Shown here one piece after another: positions 36,293-45,977 of a stretch of 64,000 bases of DNA. The position numbers were made by a program, and so were the translations under genes. Position 1 is the stretch's first letter. Every line of letters begins with the position of its first letter. Below the pieces are notes generated by a model that saw nothing but the letters and a program-made list of their open reading frames with translations, made no database searches and was not told where the DNA came from. This DNA is from Candidatus Aquilonibacter sp. (lineage in GTDB: Bacteria > Vulcanimicrobiota > Vulcanimicrobiia > Vulcanimicrobiales > Vulcanimicrobiaceae), in assembly GCA_050015295.1 (NCBI GenBank), contig JBEKBR010000015.1, positions 2,262 to 66,261 of the forward strand, given 5' to 3'.

Positions 36293-36856
36293 ATGCAAGG
36301 TGTTGATGGAAAGCGAATCGCCGCGCTGATCGGCGACGGATTTGAAGAAGCAGATTTATTCGAGCCACGCAAGGCGCTCGAGGAGGCCGGCGCAATAGTG
36401 ACGATGGTCGGTATCGACGAGAAGGCGCGTACCCGCATCCGCGGCAAGCGTGGTCTCGACGACGGCCAAAGCGTGCGTGCTGAAGAATTGGTGGTGGATT
36501 GCACGGCCGAGGATTTCGACGCATTGCTCTTACCGGGCGGGACGTCGCCCGACCGGATTCGCACGAACAAAGAGGTTCAACGGCTGGTGCGCGAGTTCGA
36601 TTCGGCCAAGAAACCGATCTTTTCGGTGGGTCATGGGGCGCAAGTCTTGATTTCGGCGCAACTCGTGCGCAGCCGCCAAGTGACGGGTGCACACGCAATC
36701 GCTGACGACATTCGCAACGCGGGCGGACTCTATCGCGATCAGCCGACGGTTGGCGATTCGAATTGGGTCACTACCCGCGGCGCCGAGGACCTGCCACAGT
36801 TCAACCGGACGATGCTCGAAAAGCTCGCCGCTTCCGGAGCAGCCCTCTCGGCTTAG
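36293..36856 (+). CDS. DJ-1/PfpI family protein lacking the nucleophile cysteine
   Basis: KRIAALIGDGFEEADLFEP...FDALLLPGG...KKPIFSVGHGAQVLISA. The canonical (A)ICHGP elbow reads SVGHGA. Confidence 0.75.
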   Translation: MQGVDGKRIAALIGDGFEEADLFEPRKALEEAGAIVTMVGIDEKARTRIRGKRGLDDGQSVRAEELVVDCTAEDFDALLLPGGTSPDRIRTNKEVQRLVREFDSAKKPIFSVGHGAQVLISAQLVRSRQVTGAHAIADDIRNAGGLYRDQPTVGDSNWVTTRGAEDLPQFNRTMLEKLAASGAALSA

Positions 36857-37515
36857 GTCAACGGATCGTATCGCGCGAGCAACTCGCCGTACTGGCGAAG
36901 CGCAACGAATCCGATGATGGCACACACGACCAATTCAGTGGCGACGCCGACGGCGTCGCCACTTTTCGTCGAGTATGCATCGGCGTACACGGCCAGCACG
37001 TAGGCGACGACGATCGTTGCACCGGCGCAGACGAGCGCCACGGTGCGCGCAATCCCGGTTGTCACCGTCGCGTTGAGCGCGACAAGCGTGCTGGCTAGCA
37101 CACACGCGATCGCGAGCAAAAAGAACGTCGGCGGCGCGGCAAACCCGCTGAGGAATTGCGCACTCCAATAAACCAGTGTTGCGAGTGTCGCGCAAAGCAC
37201 CGGCGCGAGCGCTTTGGCACGAGCGAGCTCGCGACCGAAGAGCGGAGCGCTGCGTTCCGTCGTGTCGAGAAATGCGTGGCGCCCGGGCCCTTGCATCAGT
37301 GCGATAGCGATACCGATGGTAGAGCAGAAGAACATCGGTCCGGCTAGCCACACGCTGCGCGTTGCAATGTCAGCCGTCAACGGATCGGTGATCGCGGTAA
37401 TGCCGTGCGGCTGCACGAAACCGACGATCGCTGCACCAGCACACGAAAATGCTAGCGATCGGCGCTCAGCGCGCAAGCGCGCGCCGACGATGGCGCGCAA
37501 CGCTCGCAGCGTCAC
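36853..37515 (-). CDS. Hypothetical polytopic membrane protein
   Basis: About 6 hydrophobic spans. The GTG start forms a GTGA overlap with the upstream ABC-like gene. Confidence 0.55.
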   Translation of the reverse strand: MTLRALRAIVGARLRAERRSLAFSCAGAAIVGFVQPHGITAITDPLTADIATRSVWLAGPMFFCSTIGIAIALMQGPGRHAFLDTTERSAPLFGRELARAKALAPVLCATLATLVYWSAQFLSGFAAPPTFFLLAIACVLASTLVALNATVTTGIARTVALVCAGATIVVAYVLAVYADAYSTKSGDAVGVATELVVCAIIGFVALRQYGELLARYDPLT

Positions 37516-38039
37516 GAGTGGACCGCTGCTTGTGCGATCAGCACGGCGCAGCCGTCCGCCGCGGCAAGTATCTGCGGCACGAATGCCGGATGCGGACGAT
37601 CGAGCACGAGTAACTGCGGTAAGGGGAGAAGCGCACCGAGGATCGGATAGGCAAAGGCTTCGTGCATTCCTTCGAGCCGTTCGTAGAGGTGCTGCGCGCG
37701 TGCTCGTGCCACCGCGGGATCGATCTCCCACAGCGCTGCGCGGTACGTGATATATCGCGCGGCATCGATCTGCGAAAGCGGCAGCGGATCGTGTGGAACG
37801 AATGCCGCGATGCGTTTGCAGTGTACGGGCTGCACGCGCGGATCGAATTCACCGATCGTGACCGACCCGGACGTGGCGCGCGCGAGCGCCGCGGCCATCA
37901 TGGCGAGGGCCTCGGCCTCTAGTGCGCTGTCGCAGGCTCGCGTCATGTGCTCGCCCGGCGCAAGGTCGAGATTCGCCGGCGCGACGATTGTCTGTGCGCC
38001 GCGGACGTAAGCCGCATCGCGAAGGCGCAAGATGTGCAT
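37512..38039 (-). CDS. ABC-ATPase-like protein with degenerate nucleotide-binding motifs
   Basis: It follows an ABC fold template (LRLRDAAYVRG...LDLAPGEHM...SGSVTIGEFD...IAFVPHDP...LLVLDRPHP), but there is no GxxGxGK[ST], no LSGGQ, and the Walker B Glu is Arg. The track ORF extending to 38720 is an antisense shadow of polX. Confidence 0.55.
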   Translation of the reverse strand: MHILRLRDAAYVRGAQTIVAPANLDLAPGEHMTRACDSALEAEALAMMAAALARATSGSVTIGEFDPRVQPVHCKRIAAFVPHDPLPLSQIDAARYITYRAALWEIDPAVARARAQHLYERLEGMHEAFAYPILGALLPLPQLLVLDRPHPAFVPQILAAADGCAVLIAQAAVHS

Positions 38040-38095
38040 CGAGGGCGTTTTCGCCGCCAAGGGCGAAGAATCCGCAGGAGGTTCAAACACTTTCG

Positions 38096-39823
38096 ATGCG
38101 CTCCAACGCCGATATCGCCGAGAAGCTCCTGGAGATCCGCACGCTGATGGAAATGGCGGGGATGAGCTTCTATAAATACATGGCCTTCGAGAAGGCTGCG
38201 GCGTCGGTGGAAAACGCGCCGCCGTTACGCGACGTTGCCGCGGCGGGCGAGCTGACCAGGCTTCCCGGCATCGGCAAGTCGATCGCGACCGTGATTGCAC
38301 AGCTGCTCGAACGCGACAGCGCTGATGCGCTCGATGAACTTTACGCGATTTTTCCGCCCTCGATCGTCGAAGTGCTCGGCGTATCGGGCATCGGTGCGAA
38401 GACGGCGGCCTCATTGTGGCACGATTTTCAGATCGGTTCGCTCGCCGACTTAGAGGCGGCCATCGAACGCGATACCTTTGCCGGGGTTCCACGCTTGGGG
38501 CCCAAGACGATCGAGAATTGGAAGCGTGGCATCCTGGCCTACAAGGGACGTCAGCGGCGCACGCCTCTCGCGCGCGCGCTGCGGATCGCGCACGAGGCGA
38601 TGGACTATTTGCGCGCGGGTCCGCCCCACGACCGTCTGGTCTACGCCGGGAGTGCCCGACGCCAGGAAGTAACCGTCGGCGATATCGACTTGGTCTGCAC
38701 GTCGTCGGACGCCGCCGCAATCACCGCCTACTTTGCGAGGTGGGACCGCGCGCGCGCCGTCTTGGCGGAGGGTGGAACGAAAACCAGCATCTGGCTTGAT
38801 GACGGTTTCCAGATCGACCTGCGCGTACTGCCGGATCATCTCTACGGGAATCTTCTGCAACATTTTACCGGCTCGCGCGAACACAACATCAAGCTGCGCG
38901 AGTATGCCGTGCGCAACAGTTTGCGTGTCAGCGAGAACGGTATTCTCAATCTGGAGACCGGCGACGCGATTACGTGCGCCGATGAGGCGGGCGTGTATGC
39001 TGCACTTGGGATGACGTACATTCCACCCGAGCTACGCAGTGGACTCGACGAGATCGACCGGGCGCTGGCCGGAAGCTTGCCGGCATTGGTCGAGACGAGC
39101 GACATGCGCGGCGACTTTCACATGCATTGCACCTGGAGCGACGGACGCGACTCGCTCGAAGCGATGATTGCTGCGGCAAAGGCGCGCGGGTACGAGTATC
39201 ACGCGATCAGCGATCACTCGTGGGGGCGCGGACGAACGTACGGGCTCGATCCCGAGAAGCTGCGCGAGCAGTGCGCGCTCGTCAAGGAACTCTCGGCACG
39301 CATTGGGATGCGGACGTTTTGTGCGAGCGAGGTAGACATTCTGCCCGACGGCGCGATGGACTATGACGACGAGGTGCTGGCACAACTCGACGTCGTCATT
39401 GCAAGCGTGCATTCGGGATTTGATATCGGCCGCGACGCGATGACGACGCGCATCATCCGGGCGTGTGAAAATCCATTCGTGACGATCATCGGACACCCGA
39501 CCGGGAGAATGATCGGAAGTTTCCACGGTTACGAGTTCGATTACGACGCCGTATTTACCGCGGCGGCGCGAACGGGCACGGCGCTAGAGATCGACGGGCA
39601 GGCGCTACGGCTCGATCTGCCATCGCCGCTCGCACGTCGGGCCAAGGAGCTGGGCGTGACCTTCACGGTCGACTCCGACGCCCACGGCGTCGAAGATTTG
39701 CCCGAAATCGAGCTGGGTGTGGGACAGGCGCGGAGGGCCGGCCTCACTAAAGAGGATGTGCTTAACGCACGTTCTTACGAGGATGTGCGAGCGTTCATTG
39801 CCCGCAAGCGAGGTCGCGCATGA
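38096..39823 (+). CDS. polX: DNA polymerase X family protein with C-terminal PHP (3'-5' exonuclease/phosphoesterase) domain
   Basis: HhH (LTRLPGIGKSIA, VSGIGAKTA), the Pol-beta palm YAGSARRQEVTVGDIDLV, and PHP GDFHMHCTWSDG...HAISDHS. RBS AGGAGG. Confidence 0.9.
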   Translation: MRSNADIAEKLLEIRTLMEMAGMSFYKYMAFEKAAASVENAPPLRDVAAAGELTRLPGIGKSIATVIAQLLERDSADALDELYAIFPPSIVEVLGVSGIGAKTAASLWHDFQIGSLADLEAAIERDTFAGVPRLGPKTIENWKRGILAYKGRQRRTPLARALRIAHEAMDYLRAGPPHDRLVYAGSARRQEVTVGDIDLVCTSSDAAAITAYFARWDRARAVLAEGGTKTSIWLDDGFQIDLRVLPDHLYGNLLQHFTGSREHNIKLREYAVRNSLRVSENGILNLETGDAITCADEAGVYAALGMTYIPPELRSGLDEIDRALAGSLPALVETSDMRGDFHMHCTWSDGRDSLEAMIAAAKARGYEYHAISDHSWGRGRTYGLDPEKLREQCALVKELSARIGMRTFCASEVDILPDGAMDYDDEVLAQLDVVIASVHSGFDIGRDAMTTRIIRACENPFVTIIGHPTGRMIGSFHGYEFDYDAVFTAAARTGTALEIDGQALRLDLPSPLARRAKELGVTFTVDSDAHGVEDLPEIELGVGQARRAGLTKEDVLNARSYEDVRAFIARKRGRA

Positions 39824-40620
39824 TCGAAACGATGGCGGTGAAGGCGCCCGACGGCGTCGACTCCGCGGTGCGATATGCCGGAACCGATGGTCCGGCGCTC
39901 GTTTTCGTGCACGGCGTCGGTTCGACGGCCGCGATCTGGGATCGTCAGCTCGACGCATTTTCGGGCGCATATCGCACCCTTGCCATCGAACTGCGCGGCA
40001 ACGGCGTTCCGAAGCCCGAGCCGGATCCGCGCGCAATCACGCGCGCCGGTTATGCCGACGACGTGCTCGCCGCGCTCGATGCGTTGCGCGTCGACCGTGC
40101 GACGATCGTGGGCTGCAGTTTGGGCGGCGTCGTCGCGTTCGAATTGTGGGAACGCGCGAGTGAACGCATCGAGGCAATGGTGATTCTCGGCAGCTTTGCC
40201 GCCTATCCGAATGCGCGCGCCTATGCCGACGGTATTTGCAGCGCGGTGCGCGCCGCGGGAACAATGGACATGTTTGCACGCGAGCGGGCGGCGCGGCTCG
40301 GCGCGATGCCGCCGGATCGCTTGCGTGAAACGCTCGATCAGATGGCGAGCAAGAGCGTTGCATCATATCTCGCCGCGACCGAGGCGACCTGGACCGGCGA
40401 CTATCGCGCAATGCTTGCGACCATCGACGTGCCGGCGCTCGTATGCACCGGCGAAAACGACGTCATCGCGCCGCCGGCGCTTTCGCGCGAAATTGCCGAC
40501 GGTATCCCGGATTCCGAGTTCGCGCTGATTCCGCACGCCGGCCACGTTGCCAATGCCGACAATCCGGAAGCATTCAACGAACTCGTGCGTCGCTTTCTCG
40601 CGCGCGCGGCGGTGGGCTAA
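39820..40620 (+). CDS. Alpha/beta hydrolase
   Basis: LVFVHGVGS, the nucleophile elbow IVGCSLGG, and a late D...H (IPHAGHVAN). ATGA overlap with polX. Confidence 0.85.
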   Translation: MIETMAVKAPDGVDSAVRYAGTDGPALVFVHGVGSTAAIWDRQLDAFSGAYRTLAIELRGNGVPKPEPDPRAITRAGYADDVLAALDALRVDRATIVGCSLGGVVAFELWERASERIEAMVILGSFAAYPNARAYADGICSAVRAAGTMDMFARERAARLGAMPPDRLRETLDQMASKSVASYLAATEATWTGDYRAMLATIDVPALVCTGENDVIAPPALSREIADGIPDSEFALIPHAGHVANADNPEAFNELVRRFLARAAVG

Positions 40621-40622
40621 AA

Positions 40623-43310
40623 ATGCGTGCCGCCACAAAGTCGCCAAATGAGGCCGCACGCCTCGAGGCGTTATACGACTATCAGGTTCTCGACTCGACC
40701 GAAGGCGCAACGTACGTGGCTTTTACGGAGCTGGCAAGTGAGATCGCGGGCGCGCCGATGGCGACGATTTCACTGGTGGACGAGACACGCGTTTGGTACA
40801 AGTCGTCCAAAGGCCTCGACGTACGCGAAGTGCCGCGTAACCTATCGTTCGCGGGGCACATCGTAGCTTCGGGTGCGCAGCTGCTTGTCGAGGATGCCCG
40901 CGCCGATACGCGCTTCCGCGGCAGCCCGCTGGTTACTGGTCCGTCGCAGGTACGCTTCTTCGCCGGCGTTCCACTCGTGTCGCCGCAAGGCTTTATCCTC
41001 GGCGCGCTTTGCGTGCTCGACAGCCGCGTACGCGCGCTAACCGAGCTTCAACTCAACCAACTCAGCGCGCTCGCGGCCGCGCTGATCGACGTCTTCGAAA
41101 CGCGCCGCCGCATGCTCTCACTGCTGGAAACCGCCGGTGCCGACGTCTTCATGATCAGGGCGGACGATGACGCGATCTTCTTCGTCTCGCGTGGCGCCGG
41201 CGAGCGGCTCGGATATACGACCAGGGAACTGATCGGGATGCCGGTCTATGATGTGATTCCGGCGATGACCCAGACGGTTATGCAGGACCTACTGGTGCGC
41301 GCGCGGCGCGGCGAGGCGGTCGTGCGCGAGGCCGAGCTGCGGCGCCGTGACGGCACTAGCTACCCGGTCGAGATCCGCCTCGTCATCGAGGTCGAGCGCG
41401 GCCGCGAACGCATTCACGCTATCGCGTTCGATATGACGCAGCGGCGGGCGCGCGAGCGCGAGATCGCGCTTTTGCTCGACGCGATCAACGTGGCCGGCGA
41501 CGTGATCCTGGTCTATTCCGTCGGAGTGGATGGCGAATTGACGTTGTCCTACGCCAACGACGCGTTCACGCAGCAGACCGGGTACTTGCGCGACGAAGCG
41601 ATCGGTCGTAGCCTTGCGTTTTTCCGGAAGAGTATGCCCGATGACGAAGGCATGCGCGGCGTCCGTGTAGCGCTCGAGCACGGCACGCCGACCCAAGCCG
41701 AGATCGCCAGTTACCGCAAAGACGGTTCGACCTATTGGAACTCGGTTTCGCTGCACCCGGTGCGCAGCGCCGGCGGCGCGGTGACGGATTGGATTTCAAC
41801 CGAGCGCGACATCACCGGCGAAGTGGAGCGCACGAGCGTGCTTGCCGAGGAGCACGATCGGCTGCTGGCGCTCACCCGCACGGCACGACGGCTCTTTACA
41901 ACGCTCGACGCCACGGCGGTCGTCGTGACGGTACGCGAAGCGATCGGCCAGCTGATAGGCGCGGACGCGCGACTGCTCGCCGTCGCTGAAGACGGCACCG
42001 CAGTGCCGGTCGACGCGCTCGGCGCTGTTGATTGGACGACGGGCGCGTTCGATCCGCTCGCCGACAAAGCAGTGCGCGCACGCGTGCGCATCGTTGATGA
42101 GCTCCAGCCGCGCGCGATCGCGTACGCTGGGCGGTTCGGTGAGGCGATCTACCTGTTGGAAATCCGCCCTCGTCACGGCCGAACGCTGCGCAGCACCGAC
42201 TTGTTCGTCTTCGATTTGATTGCAGAATATTTTGCGGTGGCCGTTCGTAACGTCTCGCTCTATAACGAGATCGAGGAGCGCCGCAGCGCTGTCCTCGAGC
42301 TCAATCAAACCAAGAGCGACCTCATCACGATGCTCGCCCACGACTTTCGCGGTCCGCTGACGTCGATCGTCGGCTTCGCCGATCTGACCACCGAAGTCGG
42401 CGACGTCAACGACGAACAGCGCGATTTTCTCGAAACGATCAAAGGTTCGGCGATGCAGCTCTCGGAGCTCGCGACCGACACGCTGACCCTTTCGCGCCTC
42501 GAGCGCAATGAGGTCACGCTTCAGCTCTCGGAAACCGACCTGGGTGCACTGATCGATTCGATCGTCGCGCAACAAAAAGATCGTCGCCACGTGGAACTCG
42601 CCATCGAGGGCGACGCGCACATCACCGGGGACGAGGATCGCTTGCGACAAGTCTTCGCGAATTTGATCGACAACGCGATCAAGTATACGCCAGAAGGCGA
42701 AGATCCGCTCGTTCGCATCGTCGGGGGCGCCGACGACGTCACGGTTGTCGTGCGTGACTTCGGTATCGGTATTCCGGCGGGCGAGATCTCGCGCATCTTC
42801 GATCGCTTTACCCGCGCCTCCAATGCGCGCAAGATGAGAATTTCGGGTACGGGCTTCGGATTGTACCTGACCAAACAACTCGTGCAGCTCCACGGCGGCA
42901 CGATTGCCGTGGAAAGTGAAGAGGGTCGCGGCAGCACGTTCACTGTCGTGCTTCCGCGTCGCGCCGATCGCCGCTTCGCACCGCGCACGGTGTTGCTGCT
43001 CGACGTGGATCGAGACCGTTCGTTCTTGGCGTACGGCTTGCAAGAGGCGGGATACCGCGTGCTGATTGCAACGACGATCGACGAAGCGCTTGCGGCCGCC
43101 GATTCGCAGCCCTTCGATGCGATCGTGCTTGCGACGCCCGAGGCGCTATCGAATCAGGCAGCGGTGCAGTTCCGCACGTTTAGCCGTGAACGCGCCGTTC
43201 CGTTGATCGCGATCGGGACCGCGCCACCGCGCCTCGGTGCATCGGCTACGTTGATGCGCCCACCGGCGATTGGCGATGTGGTTGCGGCGCTCGAGCGCCT
43301 CCTCAGCTAA
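40623..43310 (+). CDS. GAF-PAS-PAS-GAF sensor histidine kinase with C-terminal pseudo-receiver
   Basis: H-box LITMLAHDFRGPL, N box NLIDNAIKYT, G boxes DFGIGIP and GTGFGLYL. The receiver-like tail TVLLLDVDRD...FDAIVLATPE has Ala where the phospho-acceptor Asp is expected. Confidence 0.85.
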   Translation: MRAATKSPNEAARLEALYDYQVLDSTEGATYVAFTELASEIAGAPMATISLVDETRVWYKSSKGLDVREVPRNLSFAGHIVASGAQLLVEDARADTRFRGSPLVTGPSQVRFFAGVPLVSPQGFILGALCVLDSRVRALTELQLNQLSALAAALIDVFETRRRMLSLLETAGADVFMIRADDDAIFFVSRGAGERLGYTTRELIGMPVYDVIPAMTQTVMQDLLVRARRGEAVVREAELRRRDGTSYPVEIRLVIEVERGRERIHAIAFDMTQRRAREREIALLLDAINVAGDVILVYSVGVDGELTLSYANDAFTQQTGYLRDEAIGRSLAFFRKSMPDDEGMRGVRVALEHGTPTQAEIASYRKDGSTYWNSVSLHPVRSAGGAVTDWISTERDITGEVERTSVLAEEHDRLLALTRTARRLFTTLDATAVVVTVREAIGQLIGADARLLAVAEDGTAVPVDALGAVDWTTGAFDPLADKAVRARVRIVDELQPRAIAYAGRFGEAIYLLEIRPRHGRTLRSTDLFVFDLIAEYFAVAVRNVSLYNEIEERRSAVLELNQTKSDLITMLAHDFRGPLTSIVGFADLTTEVGDVNDEQRDFLETIKGSAMQLSELATDTLTLSRLERNEVTLQLSETDLGALIDSIVAQQKDRRHVELAIEGDAHITGDEDRLRQVFANLIDNAIKYTPEGEDPLVRIVGGADDVTVVVRDFGIGIPAGEISRIFDRFTRASNARKMRISGTGFGLYLTKQLVQLHGGTIAVESEEGRGSTFTVVLPRRADRRFAPRTVLLLDVDRDRSFLAYGLQEAGYRVLIATTIDEALAAADSQPFDAIVLATPEALSNQAAVQFRTFSRERAVPLIAIGTAPPRLGASATLMRPPAIGDVVAALERLLS

Positions 43311-44160
43311 TTCGTTCTGGCGCGCTATAGACGTTGGCACGTTCACCGCGCACGAACGCGGCGAGCGTGATATTGAACGTGCGCGCGAGATCTACCGCGA
43401 GGCTACTCGGCGCGGAGACAGCGCAAACAATCGGAATACGGGCCACCGCGGCCTTTTGCAAGATTTCATAACTCGCGCGGCCGCTCACGAACAGGATCGA
43501 TCCCGCGAGATCGCGGCCTTCCAGAAGCGCCCAGCCGGCCAGCTTGTCGACGGCGTTGTGGCGGCCGACGTCCTCGCGCACGGCAAGCGCGTTTCCGTTC
43601 GCATCGAAGATCGCGGCGGCGTGCAGGCCGCCCGTGAGCGCAAAGACGCGCTGCGCTTCGCGCATTTGCTCGGGCAACTGGTAGATACGCGCGATGGGAA
43701 CTCGTACCGCGTCGTTTAGCGGATCGACGCCGAGATCCGCGAGCGCCTCGAGATTCGCCCGCCCGCAGATGCCGCACGAGCTGTTCATGGTGAAGTGGCG
43801 TTCGAAGCGCGTGAGGTCCGGGAGCGTGCGCGCGTTCAAGGCGATATTGACGATGTTATAGCGTTGCTCCGCATCGATGGCTGGATCCACGCAATAGCTA
43901 ATGCCCGCGATCTCGTCGCGCGAGCGAACGATGCGTTCGCCGGATACGAACCCGGCGGCAAGTTCGAAGTCGTTGCCCGGGGTGCGCATCGTGATTGCGA
44001 GCGTGTGCGTCGTCGCGCCTGCCATTAGGCGCAATTCTAACGGCTCCTCGGTTACGACGCTGTCGTAGACGTGCGCACTGCGCGAGCCGTCGTAACGTAC
44101 GATTGGCGTCTCGACCGTGCGTCCGGGTCGCGCGGCATACTCTATGCCGTCGTCGATCAT
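43303..44160 (-). CDS. fdhD: Formate dehydrogenase accessory sulfurtransferase FdhD
   Basis: VVTEEPLELRL, FTMNSSCGICG and HNAVDKL. Confidence 0.9.
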   Translation of the reverse strand: MIDDGIEYAARPGRTVETPIVRYDGSRSAHVYDSVVTEEPLELRLMAGATTHTLAITMRTPGNDFELAAGFVSGERIVRSRDEIAGISYCVDPAIDAEQRYNIVNIALNARTLPDLTRFERHFTMNSSCGICGRANLEALADLGVDPLNDAVRVPIARIYQLPEQMREAQRVFALTGGLHAAAIFDANGNALAVREDVGRHNAVDKLAGWALLEGRDLAGSILFVSGRASYEILQKAAVARIPIVCAVSAPSSLAVDLARTFNITLAAFVRGERANVYSAPERIS

Positions 44161-45122
44161 TTCGGTTGGACGAAGGCCACGTGCGGGTCGTTTACCGATA
44201 CTCGGCCGGCACGAACGACGGTATCGCGCAGGATATAGCCACCGACCAACGTCAGCACTGATGCGACGACGGTGCGCACGGCGTTCACCGGTTTGGGCAG
44301 CGGGACGATCGCTCCCAGGAGATTGAGCGCGAGCGGCGCGAGGATGCCGGTCCGCGTCGTATATGTACGGAGGCGGTCGCCTTTTGCGCCGGTAAACAGC
44401 GCTTTCCCGTACTCCGCTGCGTGCCGTTCGAAACTCATGAGCGCCGCGAGTTCGGCGGTGCTGGCCAGCATTTCGAGGCGTTCGAGCCGGTGCGTCGCCT
44501 CATAGTTGCCTTCGAGCGTACTGAGCAGACTCGAGAGTGCACAGGCCGAGCTCATGCTCGAGCAAACGAATGCGACGGGGATGTGGCGCTTACCGGAACT
44601 CCATAGCGGATTTGCCGTTGCCGAGAGCAAGACGCCGGTGTACCCCATGAGAAACGCGCCGAAGAGCGCTTGCAGCTGCGCAAAGAAGCCCGGCGCCAAA
44701 AAGCGCATCCAACGCGGGAGTACGCCGCTGAGCGCAAGCTCGCGCGCCACGTTCATGCCGGCAGCCATGGAGTAGAGGACGAGGCCCCACACGCCCATCG
44801 ACATCGGGGACTTGATCTTCACGATGCGCAGCATATGGAGGAACCGCTCGGGACGTCCGAGGTGCGTAACCAAAACCGCCGGATTGGCCGCGGCAAGCAC
44901 GAGCGCCGTCACCGCGAGCGTACGCTTGAGTTTGCGATCGCTCTCGCGCTTGGGATTCGCAAGCACACTGATGACGCCGAGCCCCCCCATCACGCCACCG
45001 AGGAAGAGATAGGTGACGACGTTCCACCCGTCCCAGTGCGGCATCTTGAGCATCGGCCGCTCATAGTAGGTCGGAACCGGCGTCGTCTCCTCGCGGCCCG
45101 GCGGTTCGAGCAGATCACTCAT
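44157..45122 (-). CDS. NrfD/PsrC-family integral membrane subunit (quinone-interacting) of the formate dehydrogenase module
   Basis: 321 aa with about 8 TM spans and an NrfD-like N-terminus (PHWDGWNVVTYLFLGGVMGG). ATGA overlap with fdhD. Confidence 0.8.
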   Translation of the reverse strand: MSDLLEPPGREETTPVPTYYERPMLKMPHWDGWNVVTYLFLGGVMGGLGVISVLANPKRESDRKLKRTLAVTALVLAAANPAVLVTHLGRPERFLHMLRIVKIKSPMSMGVWGLVLYSMAAGMNVARELALSGVLPRWMRFLAPGFFAQLQALFGAFLMGYTGVLLSATANPLWSSGKRHIPVAFVCSSMSSACALSSLLSTLEGNYEATHRLERLEMLASTAELAALMSFERHAAEYGKALFTGAKGDRLRTYTTRTGILAPLALNLLGAIVPLPKPVNAVRTVVASVLTLVGGYILRDTVVRAGRVSVNDPHVAFVQPK

Positions 45123-45128
45123 TGAAGA

Positions 45129-45977
45129 TCACGCATTGCGGAAGATCATCCAGCCGGCGATCGCGAGTCCGAGTGCGGCGATTGCAGCCGAAGAATACCC
45201 GGCCGGTTGACGGGTCGATGGAAGCACCGGCTCTGCCGGCAGGTTATACGTCTCGGGCCGATCCGTGAGCAGAAAGAACGCATGGAGCGGACCGACGCCG
45301 CCGCCGACGTCGTCGGCACCGTATAATTGCGCGCCGCTCACGCCGCGTCCGACGACCGTTTCCAGGCGTTTACGCGCGCGTTCGCGGAGCACGTCGACGT
45401 CGCCGAATTGAATCGACTGCGTCGGGCACGCTTTTGCGCACGCGGGCTCGAAGCCAACCTTCTGCCGGTCGTAGCAGAGCGTGCACTTACCGGCGACGCC
45501 GCCGTTCCCTTGCAGCGCCGTCTTGTCTTCTTCGCGCCGCGCTTCGTTGAGTGAAGCGAGATTGTAATGCACACCGTTCGGATCGAATTTTTCGATGAGG
45601 TCGACGACACCGAACGGGCACGAGGTCACGCAGTAGCCGCAACCATTACAAACATCGGGCTGAATGAAGACCGCCCCGAATTCGTTGCGGATGATCGCCC
45701 CGGTCGGACAGGCTTCCATACAGCCGGCATTGGTGCAGTGCTTGCAGACATCGCTGCTCATCAGCCACCGATCGTGCAAGCCGCCGTCGTCGACCGACAT
45801 TTGCTCGATGAAAGCGACGTGCCGCCAGGTCGTGCCCGAGAGTTCGCTCGTATTGTCATACGAGTCGCCGGTGAACTGGAAACCGTCCGAGGGCAACTCA
45901 TTCCACTGCTTGCACGCAACCTCACAGGCTTTGCAGCCAATGCACAGGGTCGTATCAGTAAAGAATCCTGTCGCCAT
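45129..45977 (-). CDS. Formate dehydrogenase iron-sulfur (beta) subunit, four [4Fe-4S] motifs plus C-terminal TM helix
   Basis: CIGCKACEVACK, CKHCTNAGCMEACP, CNGCGYCVTSCP and CTLCYDR...CAKACP. The tail is AAIAALGLAIAGWMIF. Its ATG overlaps the fdhA stop (TAATG). Confidence 0.9.
   Translation of the reverse strand: MATGFFTDTTLCIGCKACEVACKQWNELPSDGFQFTGDSYDNTSELSGTTWRHVAFIEQMSVDDGGLHDRWLMSSDVCKHCTNAGCMEACPTGAIIRNEFGAVFIQPDVCNGCGYCVTSCPFGVVDLIEKFDPNGVHYNLASLNEARREEDKTALQGNGGVAGKCTLCYDRQKVGFEPACAKACPTQSIQFGDVDVLRERARKRLETVVGRGVSGAQLYGADDVGGGVGPLHAFFLLTDRPETYNLPAEPVLPSTRQPAGYSSAAIAALGLAIAGWMIFRNA

Noticed and set aside
38040-38720. Upstream extension of ORF 37512..38720.
   Set aside because: It is antisense to polX, and the Arg/Pro/Ser-rich translation is meaningless. 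The ABC-like homology starts at MHILRL (38039).
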